Source: Octopus sinensis
Taxonomy: Eukaryota
NCBI RefSeq assembly: GCF_006345805.1
Contig: NC_043010.1
Coordinates: forward strand, 64,046,001-64,110,000
Length of the DNA: 64,000 nt
Direction of reading: 5' to 3'
Made by a program: the position numbers and the translations under genes. A model generated the notes under the pieces. That model saw only the letters and a list, made by a program, of their open reading frames with translations, ran no database searches and had not been told where the DNA came from. Positions 26,888 through 39,950 of this stretch are shown here, piece by piece (position 1 is the first letter of the stretch; the number at the start of each line of letters is the position of its first letter).

Positions 26888-28002
26888 GCCTCTACATAAC
26901 ATTGATGATGAATAACGTACCAACACAAATCCACACATTTCTTTCTGCTTGTTTGTTTGTTTGTTGTTAATGTTGGTCTATCCCACAAGTTGACAATGAT
27001 TGAACAAATCTATGAAGGGGGACATTCCAGCTGTCAAAACCCTGCAATATCACATTGGAACCTGGTGCAGCCCTCCACCCTACCAATTTCAGTCAAACCG
27101 TCCAACCCATGCCAGCATGGAAAGCAGATGCTAAATGATGATGATGTCATAGTGTACTCTGAGCTACCGGTATCTGTTGTGTTTTATCTCTTTTTGTTAA
27201 GATGAAAAGGGTGAGATTTAGTTGCTAGTTTTGCAGGTCAAGCAACCACGTAGTAGTTCAATCACTGGTTTTTAAGAGGACATGTTGTATGCGCAGAGTT
27301 AGAGGGGAAAATTTCAGAAAGAGGAGGACCCTAGGTTATATATTTGCTGTGGGCAAAGAAGTCAGAGAAGGAAGAGTGGCTAATGATTCTACTAATTAGT
27401 CATCTTAGATTGTTACTTTGATAATGAGACTGACAAGAGACCACTAAGTTGTCATTCAACATGCTAAAAATAGCAGTTAAATTTATTTCAAATCACACTC
27501 TTCTGTATCTTGAGAAATCAAAGAATACATTGGATAATGTTTTACATGTCTCTGAAGTAGTAAACAATCATTGTACACTTAAACCTTTGCCCAGATATGG
27601 CCAAAATATTCTACCTGTTTTACGTTCAAACTGGCCAGACCCAGGGTCTCTCACCTACCCCAGAAAATCATTGTAAAAACAAATACTCACATTATCAAAA
27701 TCTTGAAGTTACAAGATAATGCACAAGGAATTCAAAATAATGTGGATAAATAAGCCCAACATTTGAGAGAGTAATCTGAATGCTAAAGGGCTGATCTCAC
27801 TGGTCTTGTGGGTGGGGCTGTGAAAGTCAGGGTGACACTGTAGCCATGCTGGAGCACCAACCTGAAGAATTTTTGAGTCAAATGAATCCACTCCAATACT
27901 TATTGTTTTGGTCTCTTTTACCAAATTGCTAAGATACAGGAACATAAACAAACCAATATCAGTTATCAAGCAGTGGTGGGGACAAAGACAGACAGACAGA
28001 CA

Positions 28003-28048
<46 letters not shown>

Positions 28049-28762
28049 CACACACACACACACAGAGGGCTACTTTCAGTTTCTGTTGATCAAATCCACT
28101 CACAAGGTTTTGGTTGACCCAAGGCCAGTGCAGAAGACACTTGCCCCTGGTGCCATGCAAGGGAACTGAACCTGGAACCATGTGGTTGGGAAACAAGCTG
28201 CTTACCACACAGCTACAACACCAGCAAACAAGCAATGACAAAACAGAGTGAAACTATATTCTAGAACAACAAAAACAGAAAATTATGATATAAAAACAAT
28301 ATTAATAACAAAAAGAGAACATATGGTGTTTCTAACATATGTGAAATTTTCAGAGCAAACAATAATCACAGCTTAACTGGGTTCCTGAATGACAATGTAA
28401 TTGAATGTAATTGATCTAGGAGTGGAGAAGGCTTTGTGATAACTTTTCTATGTTTTTTTTAATTTTATTACAAATGGTGGACAAAAGTACCATTAGTTAT
28501 AGGCTTCCAACAGCGATTCACAGCTTCTGGGAGGAATAAGAGTGGCATGGTGGGTCCCAGTAATTAATTCAGTGTCCCTTCAGAGCCAAGTAGCTGTGTG
28601 GTAAGTAGCTTGCTTACCAACCACATGGTTCTGGGTTCAGTCCCGCTGCATGGCACCTTGGGCAAGTGTCTTCTACTATAGCCTCGGGCCGACCAAAAAC
28701 CTTGTGAGTGGATTTGGTAGACGGAAACTGAAAGAAGCCTGTTGTATAATTTATACAAATAC

Positions 28763-28821
<59 letters not shown>

Positions 28822-28936
28822 ATATATATATATGGTTTTGTCTCTAATTTAATATAATATAATATTTTTCTATAAAATGGATTCAATCCTAAATCTGATT
28901 TTTCCCTGTAAGTTTGGATTTATCCCTAATATTTAT

Positions 28937-28999
<63 letters not shown>

Positions 29000-31484
29000 C
29001 ATACATATATGTGTGTGTGTATGTGTGTGTGTGTGTGTGCATATGTATATGTTTGTCCCCCTACCATTGCTTGACAACTGATGTTGGTGTGTTTATGTCC
29101 TCGTAACTTTGCAGTTCAGCAAAAAAGACCAACAGTGAAGGGCCTCTCAACTAAATGGGGTTTAGTCACATCCCTCTGGCCCACTGGTGTGCTGTCTTCT
29201 CTCCCTCTCTCTCTGGCTTGTTTATTGCTACTATAATGAGCTCTGTTCCTTAGAGCTTGTTGGTTGCATGTTTCCACCATTCTAGCATCCTCAGCTAACT
29301 CATCTCACTACCTTTCATCAACTTACTGCATCCAACCACACTGGGACCCTGCACTAACTACCATGCTCAGTCCTTGGCCCTCAGGAATCTGCCAGCTCAT
29401 GTCTTTTCTGTAGGTGTTGGCACAACAGTTTAAACAGAAAATTAAGTGTCAAGTTCAGTGGGATCTGATGGCTTGCAAGCTCATGGGCACTGACCCCTCC
29501 TCAAACTCAACAAATGAAAAAAGGGGAAAAAAGTGAAACAACATATATTGTGAACTTTTTCACTTGTTTGTGAAACTTAATGTGTGTGTGTGTGTGTGTT
29601 ATTACAATAGTAACAAACTGAAAGTGGCAGAGTGGGAAGACCAGAAAAGTGGATCAAGAATTCTTTAATGGAATTTAAATTAATAACCTCGAGTACCAAA
29701 TGTTCCAGACTGCTAAGTATAGTGAGCAATTAATAAACTAGGAGCATGGATGACAGGTTGCCATTGTGGCTAATGAGAATATATATATATATTCAATGGA
29801 TATAAATGAATTTATTAATTAATTAACATTGCCGGCAATTGTTTCACTTCACGCTCAATTTAAATTACGAAACATATCTAATAATATAAGTTTGCATTTT
29901 GAGTATCATCAGAGTAAAATGGACTTTACAGAGTTTAAATTTTGATCAGTTGAAATACTCCAACAGATTAAGCAGATGAAAGCGTGTCTATTGTGTGTGT
30001 GTGTGTGTGTGCACGTGCATTAATATTTTTATTTTTATTTAAATATAATAATAATAATAATAATAATAATGAATTAAAGTATATAAGAATGAAAATAAAG
30101 GATAAAAATAAAGTTTAATAATAAGTGGTGTGTGTGTGTGTGTGTGTGTTTACACAAAACTCTTCTCAAGTTTCCATCTCCCAAACTTCCCTGCCCTGAG
30201 GTAAAAGTAAAAGATACTTGGACATTGTTGTTTGACCTTAGATCACTCTTGATCAAGCAAACTTGTGATCAAAGGAAATCTAGCAATGGACCATGATTTT
30301 CCTGTGGACACAGAACATTCATTCCTACATGAGTTCTTGATTTCTAATGTGTTCTTGTTTTCTAAAACAGAGTAGCATGTGATTTGAGGAAATTTGGTCG
30401 CTATTTCCAACAGGCAAATGGACACATGAAGGCTCTCTCATTGGTTTCATTAGTATGATTGATGTTGATAATATTGATGAGGTTGATGATAACAGCAATG
30501 ATAGGCCCTAAACATTCTACTGGTGGCCAGTTTGACAACCACCCTGTATAGAATGAGGATAAATCTCTTAAGTTATATATGTCCATAAAAAAATGAAGTC
30601 TTAAAATTTCACTGTATTTAGATTAAATGTTCTGATAAGCTTTCACAATCTGGAAGAGAAGGAGAGTACGCAACTGTTAGCTATGGGTGTCGACTACTGA
30701 ACATTTCGTTGGCTCAGTCAGATGTTTCCCAGTGAATTCAAGTAAGAGCAGGTTTTGCGTTATGAAAATGCAATCAGGGGTATATATGGGTTTAAGACTG
30801 TCTTACTTGATCCAATTCTGTTAATGCAATCAATGGAACAGCTGTTTGGGGAATTAATGTGCAGGTGTCTGAGCACTCCACAGACATGTGTAGTTCTCAG
30901 GGAGATTCAGTCTGACACAGAATGTAACCAGGTTGGCCCATTGAATTACATGTGCAACTCATTCCTGCCAGCTGAGTGAACTGGAGTAATGTGAAATATA
31001 GTGTCTTGCTGAAGGACATGACATGTTGCCAGGAATTGAACTCATGTCCTTACGATCATGAGCCGAACATCCTAACCACTAAGCCACGAGCCTTCATTCC
31101 AGCAAATAAGGTAACAAGGATTTGTTTGAGGAGAGATTTTAACTGTTTAGTATGTTGATTGGCATAGCTCCCTTCATTGGTTTATGTCTTACTGGGTCTG
31201 CATTTTGTGTATGTAGTGTTCACACTTGAAACAATAGTCAGGTAAGTTTCATAGTTGGATTAAGTTCTTCTAGGCTTTAGGAATTGATAGAGAAGGGTCC
31301 ATTAGGCCACTGGTTTAGCAGATTAAGGGATTTGTACACAAGCTTCCTTGTTTGTTTGTTGTTTTTTTTTTAGTGTTAATGTTTAGCTTCTATTTAGTCA
31401 CTGTTAGTGTTTAGCCCTGTTAATGTTTAGTCCTGTTAGCGTTTAGTCCAAGGCCAACTGTGATCAAGTAGGACCTAAGATCCA

Positions 31485-31775
31485 AGATAGGAAACATTTT
31501 TTCACGCTGAGAGTTGCTGAAGCATGGAACAAACTGCTGGCATCAGTTGTTAGTTGTCGGAGCACTGCATCCTTCAAAACTTCCATGCTTTCTGAGATTC
31601 ACCAACACTACACCTGATTTTCTCCCCTCCATACACACACAAGCATGTATCTGACTCATGCATTGTTCGCTTTCCAGACATTTGTACATTACTGCATATA
31701 CTCTATACGCACTTTCTGACAATTTGTGGTGCACCTGAGCACTGTATACAATAATTTCATTATCATTATTATATT
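31485..31775 (+). mobile_element. CR1-clade LINE 3' end
   Basis: RKHFFTLRVAEAWNKL..VVSCRSTASFK* followed by a 3' UTR and (ATT)n tail; a UTR-only copy lies at about 39995-40115. Confidence 0.7.
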
Positions 31776-33294
31776 CAGCTAGTTCTCCAGTTGGTGGGTA
31801 ACTTCCAACTCTTCTTCTCACCAGTTTCACAGGCTCTGAGAAAAAGTAGGTGAGTATTCTCCTTTGGTCATGTCATACAAGCTGGTACATCTTGACATTT
31901 GGTACATAGAATCAAAAGTGTAACCAAAATACACAAGAAAGTTCTGGTGGTAAGACTTGATCCATCTTCCTAGATGGTTAAAGAGCTTATGTAGAGGCTC
32001 TTGTGATTCTCATTACTCTTTTTATTCTATTCTTTCACTAGTTTTAGTCATTGGATTGTGGCCATGCTGGAGCACCACCTTTAAGGGTTTTTAATCAGTC
32101 ATATTGATGCTAGTCCTTATTTTAGTTTGTTACTTATTTTGCCATTTTTTATTCTTTATTGAATGGATGGTTTAAAGGCATACACCCCAAAACACTGTTT
32201 TATAAGTTTGTTTTACACCCTTGGAGTGGTTGGTGCTAGGAAGGGCCTCCAGCCATAGAAATCATGCCAAATCAGACTGGAGTCTGGTGCAGCCCCTCAG
32301 CTTACCAGCCCTAATCAAACCATCCAACTCATGCCAGCATGGATAATAGACGTTAAATGATGATGATGATGTATGTATGTATGTATGTATGTATAAACAC
32401 ACACACACACACACACACACACTCAGAACTTACCTCAAGTCTACAGGCTTACAAGGCTGGAGCTTTCCTGTATTTTCACAATATTTAAGCTGACAGTAGA
32501 AGATCCCCCCACCCCTTACGGGTAGGTCCTGATACCTTATCACTTTCATTTTCGTCTTCCACTCACCCTTATGTAACGTTGGGTAGCCATTATCTCATCC
32601 ACAGCAAGACACCTGTTCCCATCGGCTTTCACTCCTCTATCATACTTTAGCTTCTCAACGCCTGACACCAAGACACCTCCCACTCTGTTACATCTCCACT
32701 TCCTTGAGGAGGCTTCTTTTGTTTCATTTAGCAAATTACTTGATGAATCTACTGGCGTTGATGCTGTAAATGAAGCACTCAGTACATTTGTAAAGTGGCT
32801 GGCATTAGGAAGAACATTCAGCCGCAGCAACTATGCCAAAACAAACCTTAGGTTTCCATTTTCTGGGTCATATTGAGTTGAGGTGTCCATCCCATGTCAC
32901 ATGACAGATGGATGTCAAATGATGAGAACGATATGTATGTGAATTATGTATGTGTGTGTGTGTGTGTGCATGTGTGTGTATGTGTGTGTGTGTGCGTGTG
33001 TGTGTGTGCATGCATGTATGTGCATATGTGCATGCATGTATGTATGTGAGTGCATGTGTGTGAGTACATGGGTGTGTGCATGTGTGTTTGTGCATGCATG
33101 TGTGTGTGAGAGCGCCTGCATGTATGCATGCATGGGTGTGTGCATGTGTGTATGTGAGTGCATGTGCACATGTGTGTGGGTGCACGTGTGCATGCATGCA
33201 TGGCTGTGTGCATGTCTGTGTGTGTGTGTGTGTGTCTGTCCGTCCATCCGTCTATCCCTCCGTTCATCTGTCCATCCATATATATATATATCAT

Positions 33295-33890
33295 CATCAT
33301 CATCAACATCATCATTTAATCTTCGTTGTCCATGCTGGCATGGGTTGGATGGTTTGACTAGAGCTGGCAAGCTGGAAGGCTGCACCAGACTCCAGTCTGA
33401 TTTGGCATGGTTTCTATAGCTGGGTGCCCTTCCTGATGCCGACCACTCTGAGAGTGTAATTGGTGCTTTTACATGTCACCAGCATGAGTGCCATTCGCAC
33501 GACACCGGTATCTGCCATGGCCATGATTCTACTTGGTTTGATGGGTCTTCTTCTCAAGCATGACATGATGCCAAAAGTCTCAGTCATTCATCTCTCAGTC
33601 ATTACCTCTATAAGGCCCAACACTCATAAGGTGCTTTCCATGCGCCACTGACATTGGCCACTTTGCCTCCGTGAGGCCCAATGCTTGAATGGTGCTTTTT
33701 ATGTGCCACCAGCATGGTTGTCAGTTATGTGACACCAGCATCAACCATGACTACGATTTCACTTGGCTTTTCAAGTCTTCTCAAGAACAGCATTTCGCCA
33801 AAGGTCTCGGTCACTAGTCATTGCCTCTGTGAGGCCCAAAGTTTGAAGATCATGCATCACTACCTCATCCCATGCCTTCCCAGGTCAACA
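33295..33890 (-). mobile_element. RTE-clade LINE 3' end
   Basis: Minus strand encodes RPGKAWDEVVMHDLQTLGLTEAMTSDRDLWRNAVLEKT, then the 3' UTR and a (GAT)n tail. Solo 3' UTR copies lie at about 7440-7640, 20400-20650, 21010-21165, 27020-27145, 32220-32370 and 37940-38160. Confidence 0.75.
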
Positions 33891-34379
33891 TACATATATA
33901 TGTGTGTGTGTGTGTGTGTGTATGTGTGTGTGTATGCATATAGATGTGTGTGTGTCTTTGTGCTTGCGTTTGTCCACTCCATGACAACCACCATCACTAT
34001 CACCACCACCACCACCACTTGACCATGGGTGTTGGTTCCTTTACATCCCCATAGCATAGCATTTTGGCAAAAGCAACAATAGAATAAGAACCGGGCTTAA
34101 AAGTAAGTACCAGGGTCAATTTATTGAAACAAGTAAAAGATCAAAGATACAATATATATACATATATATATTTAAAATGATATACTGTGATAAACACACA
34201 CATATCCGGAGCTATGTAAATATATACTCAAAACTAGTTCATATTCCACCAGTGTATGGGCTGTTCGATGATTCTGTGGTTGAAATTTTGGCAAGTTGCC
34301 CTCTTATGTTGAGAACTAATTGATAGAATGAAAACGGACATGGGCGTTTCATTTAGACACAGGAGAGAAAAAATTACTG

Positions 34380-34486
34380 CATGTTGTTGTTGTTGGGGTG
34401 GTGGTGGTGATGGTTCTGCTACTGTTGTTGCTTTGTTGTCAATGTTGTTGTTGTTATTGCTGCTGCTGCTGCTGTTGGTGATGATT

Positions 34487-34538
<52 letters not shown>

Positions 34539-34658
34539 GGGCAGTGGTGGTGATGGTGATGATGATGATGTTCAATATTATACAGACAAAATAATAAAAC
34601 AAATTCTTGGTAACTTGACAAAACAAAAAAAAATTACGTCATCATCCACATCACCATC

Positions 34659-34719
<61 letters not shown>

Positions 34720-34800
34720 ACATCATCATCATCATCATCCTCACCATCATCATCATCATCATCATCATCAACATCATCATCATCATCATCCTCACCATTA
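34380..34800. repeat. (GAT)n tract followed by (CAT)n tract
   Basis: Seen directly; similar triplet-rich tracts at 25990-26065, 36650-37130 and 51340-51650. Confidence 0.9.
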
Positions 34801-34882
34801 TGACTATTGCTAGCACCATCTTTTTCAAATAGTATTACATGTGTGTGTGTGTGCGTGCGTGTATGTGTGTGTGTGTATGTGT

Positions 34883-34925
<43 letters not shown>

Positions 34926-34984
34926 CCTTGACTTGGAACCAAAGTATCCTGGACGCCAGACATTTTCCTAAACCAGAGAAAGAT

Positions 34985-35730
34985 CTGACATGGTACTAAA
35001 CTAACAAAATGGTCAAATATAGCATAAAACCATACTAGCAGATAATTCATAGTACCAAACCCAGTCGAGGAGTCAAAAATAGTATCGTATATTACCAAAA
35101 TAAGTCCTGAGGTCAATGGTGCTATCAAACAAGCCCATAGGTCAGATATTACACCAAAATAACTTGAAGGTCAAACATGACATCAGAATGAGTTTAGTGG
35201 TCAGGTATGATACCAATGCATGTTTAGTGGTCAAGCATGGCACCAAATAAACTAAAAGGTCAGATATAGCACCAAACATGCTCTTCAGATCAATATAGCA
35301 CCAAACCAGCTCCAGAGGTCAATATTGCATCAAAGCAGGTTTAGAGGTCAAAATACCACCAAATCAGCTCCAGAGGTCATATAGCATCAAACCAGCTCCA
35401 GAGGTCAATATAGCACCAAACCAGCTCCAGAGGTCAATATAGCACCAAATCAGCTCCAGAGGTCAACATAGCACCAAACCAGCTCCAGATGTCAATACAG
35501 CACCAAACCAGCTCCAGAGGTCAACATAGCACCAAACCAGCTCCAGATGTCAATACAGCACCAAACCAGCTCCAGAGGTCAACATAGCACCAAACCAGCT
35601 CCAGAGGTCAATATAGCACCAAACCAGCTCCAGAGGTCAACATAGCACCAAACCAGCTTCAGAGGTCGATGTAGCATCAAAGCAGGTTAAGAGTCAATAT
35701 TGCATCAAAGCAAATCTAGAGGTTACTATA
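34985..35730. repeat. Minisatellite with 28-30-bp unit (GGTCAATATAGCACCAAACCAGCTCCAGA), about 24 units
   Basis: Homogeneous 29-bp core at about 35290-35670; increasingly degenerate units toward the left. Confidence 0.9.
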
Positions 35731-36133
35731 GCAACTGAAGCTGGCCATAGCCCCGCTCCAACAAATGCCAATATTCCCAGAACTTGTTTGTGCAGGTGGG
35801 GATGGAATTTACAAACAAAGTCCCCTCTGTGTGGCTGACTTCAAGTACAACCTTTTGTATCAACTACTTTCTCCCTTCTCCCCCTCTTCTACAATCAAGC
35901 TATTTGTCTACAGAATACATATTTGATACAGACTGTCAGGTTATCATCTGTATACATTTACACATGTTGTGTATGTCTGTGTGTGTATGCATGTGTACAT
36001 TTAAGTACATAAACATGTATTTGTGTGTTGTGTGTATACACATACACACCCACACATAGAGACACACATGTATGTATAAATACACACACACACACACACA
36101 AATACATATGTACATACATATAGATATACATAC

Positions 36134-36166
<33 letters not shown>

Positions 36167-36744
36167 ATATATATAATATATATATCTATATATATATATA
36201 TATATATACATACATACATACACACACAACACATATACATATAATATATATATATTACACATACACACACAAACACATATATACATATATAATATATAAA
36301 TGTATATAAGCATATATATTTACATATATATAAACATATATACACACACACATATATATATATGTATGTATGTGTATGCATGTGTGTGTGTGTGTGCGTG
36401 TGTGTGTGTTTGGGTGTGTGTGTGTGTGCGTGCATGTGTGTGTGTGTGTGTGTGTGCGTACACACATACGGGTGTTTGTAAAACAGGAGAAGAAGGGAGT
36501 GAGGTCAGCTGGCAAGATGTTGGGAGCTAGAGACAAGATAATGAAGGATCAGAGCAGAGTGGCAACAACACAGCGGACTGAGGAATATCTGTCCAGCCTA
36601 CATTAACACATAAGGGAGAAGTAGAACTTAAGGCAAGAGGATACTGGAGATGATTATGATGATGATGATGATGATGGTGAGGCAAAGGAGGAAGAAGTGG
36701 AGTAAGATAGTAGTAGTGGTGGTGGTTGATGGTTGTGATAGTTG

Positions 36745-36779
<35 letters not shown>

Positions 36780-36847
36780 GTGAGGCAAAGGAGGAAGAAG
36801 TGGAGTAAGATAGTAGTAGTGGTGGTGGTTGATGGTTGTGATAGTTG

Positions 36848-36894
<47 letters not shown>

Positions 36895-37399
36895 ACTATG
36901 ATGTCGACAACACTGAGGGTAAAGTGGTTGTAGGAGAGGCGGTAGTGCTGGTGATGATGCTGCTTCTGCTCTGGATGATGATGATGATGAGTATGATGAT
37001 GATGGTGATGGAAACGATATTGGTGGTGGTGGTGGTGGTGATGATGATGATGGTGAAGATTATGATGATGATGAAGATGATGATGATGATGGAGCTGATG
37101 TTGGTGGTGATGGTGATGATTATACGCCTTCATACAAACGCTTAGATGTATACTTAGATTGATGTTTGTGCATTCATACTTACAGAACTGACACGATGGC
37201 AGAGTCCTCAGGGCTACAGACAAAATGCCTTTCTATATTTGTTCTAACTCTCTTGGCTCTGAGTTCAAATCCTACCAAAGTCAATTGTGCCTTTCTTCAT
37301 TTTGGGTCAACAAGCAAATTACCAGACCAGGATGGTGGGTTGGTGGAATTGTTAGGGGATTAGACAGGAAGCCTTACAATATCTTTTCTGGCTATTTTC

Positions 37400-37566
37400 C
37401 ACTAGTGTAGCTAGAGTGTGTGCCATCCAGGGTGGCCCTTCAGTTTGCGATCCTGGGCCCCCACTAAAAGTACGTATTGCCTACAGCAGACCCAAAAGTT
37501 GTACCACTCCATCAAAATGTCACGTGGGGCGGGCTGCTCCCTCTGCCTCCTCTAGCTATGCTAGTG
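37400..37566. mobile_element. MITE with 17-bp TIRs
   Basis: CACTAGTGTAGCTAGAG / CTCTAGCTATGCTAGTG; possible 8-bp TSD CTATTTTC / CTGTTTGC (6/8). Confidence 0.55.
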
Positions 37567-37849
37567 CTGTTTGCATTCGAACCATTGATCAGTGCTAATA
37601 AGCCAACCATAGAACCATGATTGACAAAGCTGGGAGGAGGAGGCTTGTGACCATCTGCTACCATATTTGAATGTTACTGTTAACGTTGAGGATGCTGAAT
37701 GACATACCTGGTCATCGCTCTTTGTGGAAACACATGAGTGTGTGTGTGTGTGTGTGTGTGTGTAGTTGAAATTTACAGAAAAACAAAACAAAGATAGGTG
37801 TATGAGCAACAAGCAGGTGTATTAATTTGAAGCTCAGGAAAGAGAAAGT

Positions 37850-37885
37850 CTTTTATGTTTCGAGCTTATGCTCTTCAACAGAAAG
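37850..37885 (-). ncRNA. Minimal hammerhead-like motif, core CUGUUGA
   Basis: CUUU-CUGUUGA-A-GAGC-AUAA-GCUC-GAAACAUA/AAAG, within a ~130-bp repeat homologous to 38235-38360. Confidence 0.45.
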
Positions 37886-38320
37886 GAATAAGAGAAAATA
37901 AACAGAGAGAGAGTAAAAAACTTCTGGATTTAATAGCCAAGTGGCCATCGCCAGTACTGCCTGGCCCTCGTGCCGGTGGGACGTAAAAGTACCCACTACA
38001 CTCTCGGAGTGGTTGGCATTAGGAAGGGCATCCAGCTGTAGAAACACTGCCAGATCAGATTGGTGCAGCCATCCGGATCACCAGTCCTCAGTCAAAATGT
38101 CCAACCCATGCCAGCATGGAAAGCGGATGTTAAACAATGATGATGATGATGATGATGATATATATATACATACATACATACACACGCACACATATATAAT
38201 ATATGTATATATATATATATTTATATACACACATAAAGGTGGAGAATTCACAAAAAACAAAGACAGGTGGTGTAGACAACAAACAGATGTACTAGTTTAA
38301 TGCTCGGGAAGTGAAAAAGT

Positions 38321-38356
38321 GTTTAACGTTTCGAGCCTACGCTCTTCCACAGAAAG
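38321..38356 (-). ncRNA. Minimal hammerhead-like motif, core CUGUGGA
   Basis: CUUU-CUGUGGA-A-GAGC-GUAG-GCUC-GAAACGUU/AAAC; same architecture as 37850-37885. Confidence 0.45.
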
Positions 38357-38567
38357 CAACAAAGAGAGAAAATAAAGAATGTGTAGTGGCTAGCGATCTA
38401 TTTTGGCGAATGCTGGACAGAAGGGTCACACAGGAGAGCTAGGAAGAAGGGGCAAACAATGAGAATGAGTGCTCAATACCATGCTGGTAAATGAAATTTC
38501 TTTATTCGTGTATTAAGGCTACCATTGGTTTTATGTTGAGAAAAATATCTTTATATACTTTTTCTCT

Positions 38568-38933
38568 CTCTTTTACTTGTTTCAGTCATTTGACTGCGGC
38601 CATGCTGGAGCACTGCCTTTAGTTGAGCAAATCGACCCCGGGACCGGTCTCTTTTGACAAACCGCTAAGTGACGGGGACGTAAACACACCAGCATCGGTT
38701 GTCAAGGAATACTAGGGGGACAAAGACAGACACACAAACATATACACACACATAAATACATATATATATATATATATATACAACAGGCTTCTTTCCGTTT
38801 CCGTCTACCAAATCCACTCACAAGGCATTGGTCAGCCCGAGGCTATAGCAGAAGACACTTGCCCAAGATGCCACGCAGTGGGACTGAATCTGGAACCATG
38901 TGGCTGGTTAGCAAGCTACTTACCACACAGCCC
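38568..38933 (-). mobile_element. SINE family B
   Basis: Reverse-complement match. Further partial copies lie at about 6455-6700, 27830-28215, 28585-29120 and 49600-50060. Confidence 0.8.
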
Positions 38934-39472
38934 TTAACAATTTTTCATGAAAGGATGAAAAGCAGGGTTGATCTGGGTGGAATTTGAACTCAGAATGTAA
39001 AGAAAGATGAAATGTAGTTGAGCATTTTGTCCTATGTGCTAATGATTCTGCCAGCTCATTGCCTTCAAGTGAAGTAATATTGACCAGACATGTTTTCATG
39101 GAAGATTAGGAATGAGGCACACTGCTTGCGTGACAGTGATACTCGTTTACGACTATCACATGATGTCAAGGCAAGGAGACAGTAAAACACCCAAGCACAC
39201 ACATATGTAAAATAGGTTCCTTTCAGTTTCCATCCATCAAATCCCCTCACAAGACTTTCATTGGAAAACATTTACTTGTGGTACCAACACAGTCAGACTG
39301 AATACAAAACTAGGTGGTTGAAAAGCAAAGTGTGTGTGTGTGTGTGTGTGTGTGTGTATTTGTATGTGTGTGTTTGTTTATGTATTTGTAATTGTGTTTG
39401 TGGTGTGTGTGTGTGTGTGTGTGTGTGCATATGTATGTAGTAATACATATATGAGGGAGTGTTGGCTTTGGT

Positions 39473-39572
39473 NNNNNNNNNNNNNNNNNNNNNNNNNNNN
39501 NNNNNNNNNNNNNNNNNNNNNNNNNNNNNNNNNNNNNNNNNNNNNNNNNNNNNNNNNNNNNNNNNNNNNNNN
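39473..39572. other. Assembly gap (100 N)
   Basis: Run of N. Confidence 0.99.
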
Positions 39573-39574
39573 TC

Positions 39575-39950
39575 AATGCCCTACTACTCCACATACTCTT
39601 GTCATCCTCCCAAAACAATCAGCATGACTTTCCGTGTTGACTGCTGGTTCTTGAAGTCCTTAGGCTTTAGAAAATAGGTGTGATGGACGATCGTAAAGAT
39701 ACACCAACATTCCATTCTCTGTCACCAGACTGAAAAACAACAGAATGTGTCTTCATTGGCTTCTGGTAGACCTGTGCACACTTCTACACTTCTCTCTTTC
39801 AAATCAGGTGTCAACTACCCAAGCACCCATTTTGTGCACTCTGATACACAAAGTCTTCCATCATCTTCTGCAATGCATTGTGATCCCAGTCCACTTGTAA
39901 AGCAAGCTCACAGATTGTGCTTTGTCTGTCCATAAGAATCAACCCATCTA
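39575..39950 (-). mobile_element. Old mariner transposase remnant
   Basis: Frameshifted TICELA.., KWV..LTPDLKE, SGD..W, KPKDFKNQQSTRKVMLIVFW; runs into the gap. Confidence 0.6.

Noticed and set aside
30622-30741. 120-bp segment with good acceptor and GTAAGA donor
   Set aside because: Stops in all three frames; could only be a non-coding or terminal exon.
34985-35730. CRISPR-like regular spacing
   Set aside because: Contiguous tandem units with no unique spacers, no cas genes and a eukaryotic context.
36654-37223. Poly-His / poly-Met ORFs
   Set aside because: These are (CAT)n/(GAT)n microsatellites plus a 103-bp slippage duplication; likewise 34234-34828 and 51179-51792.
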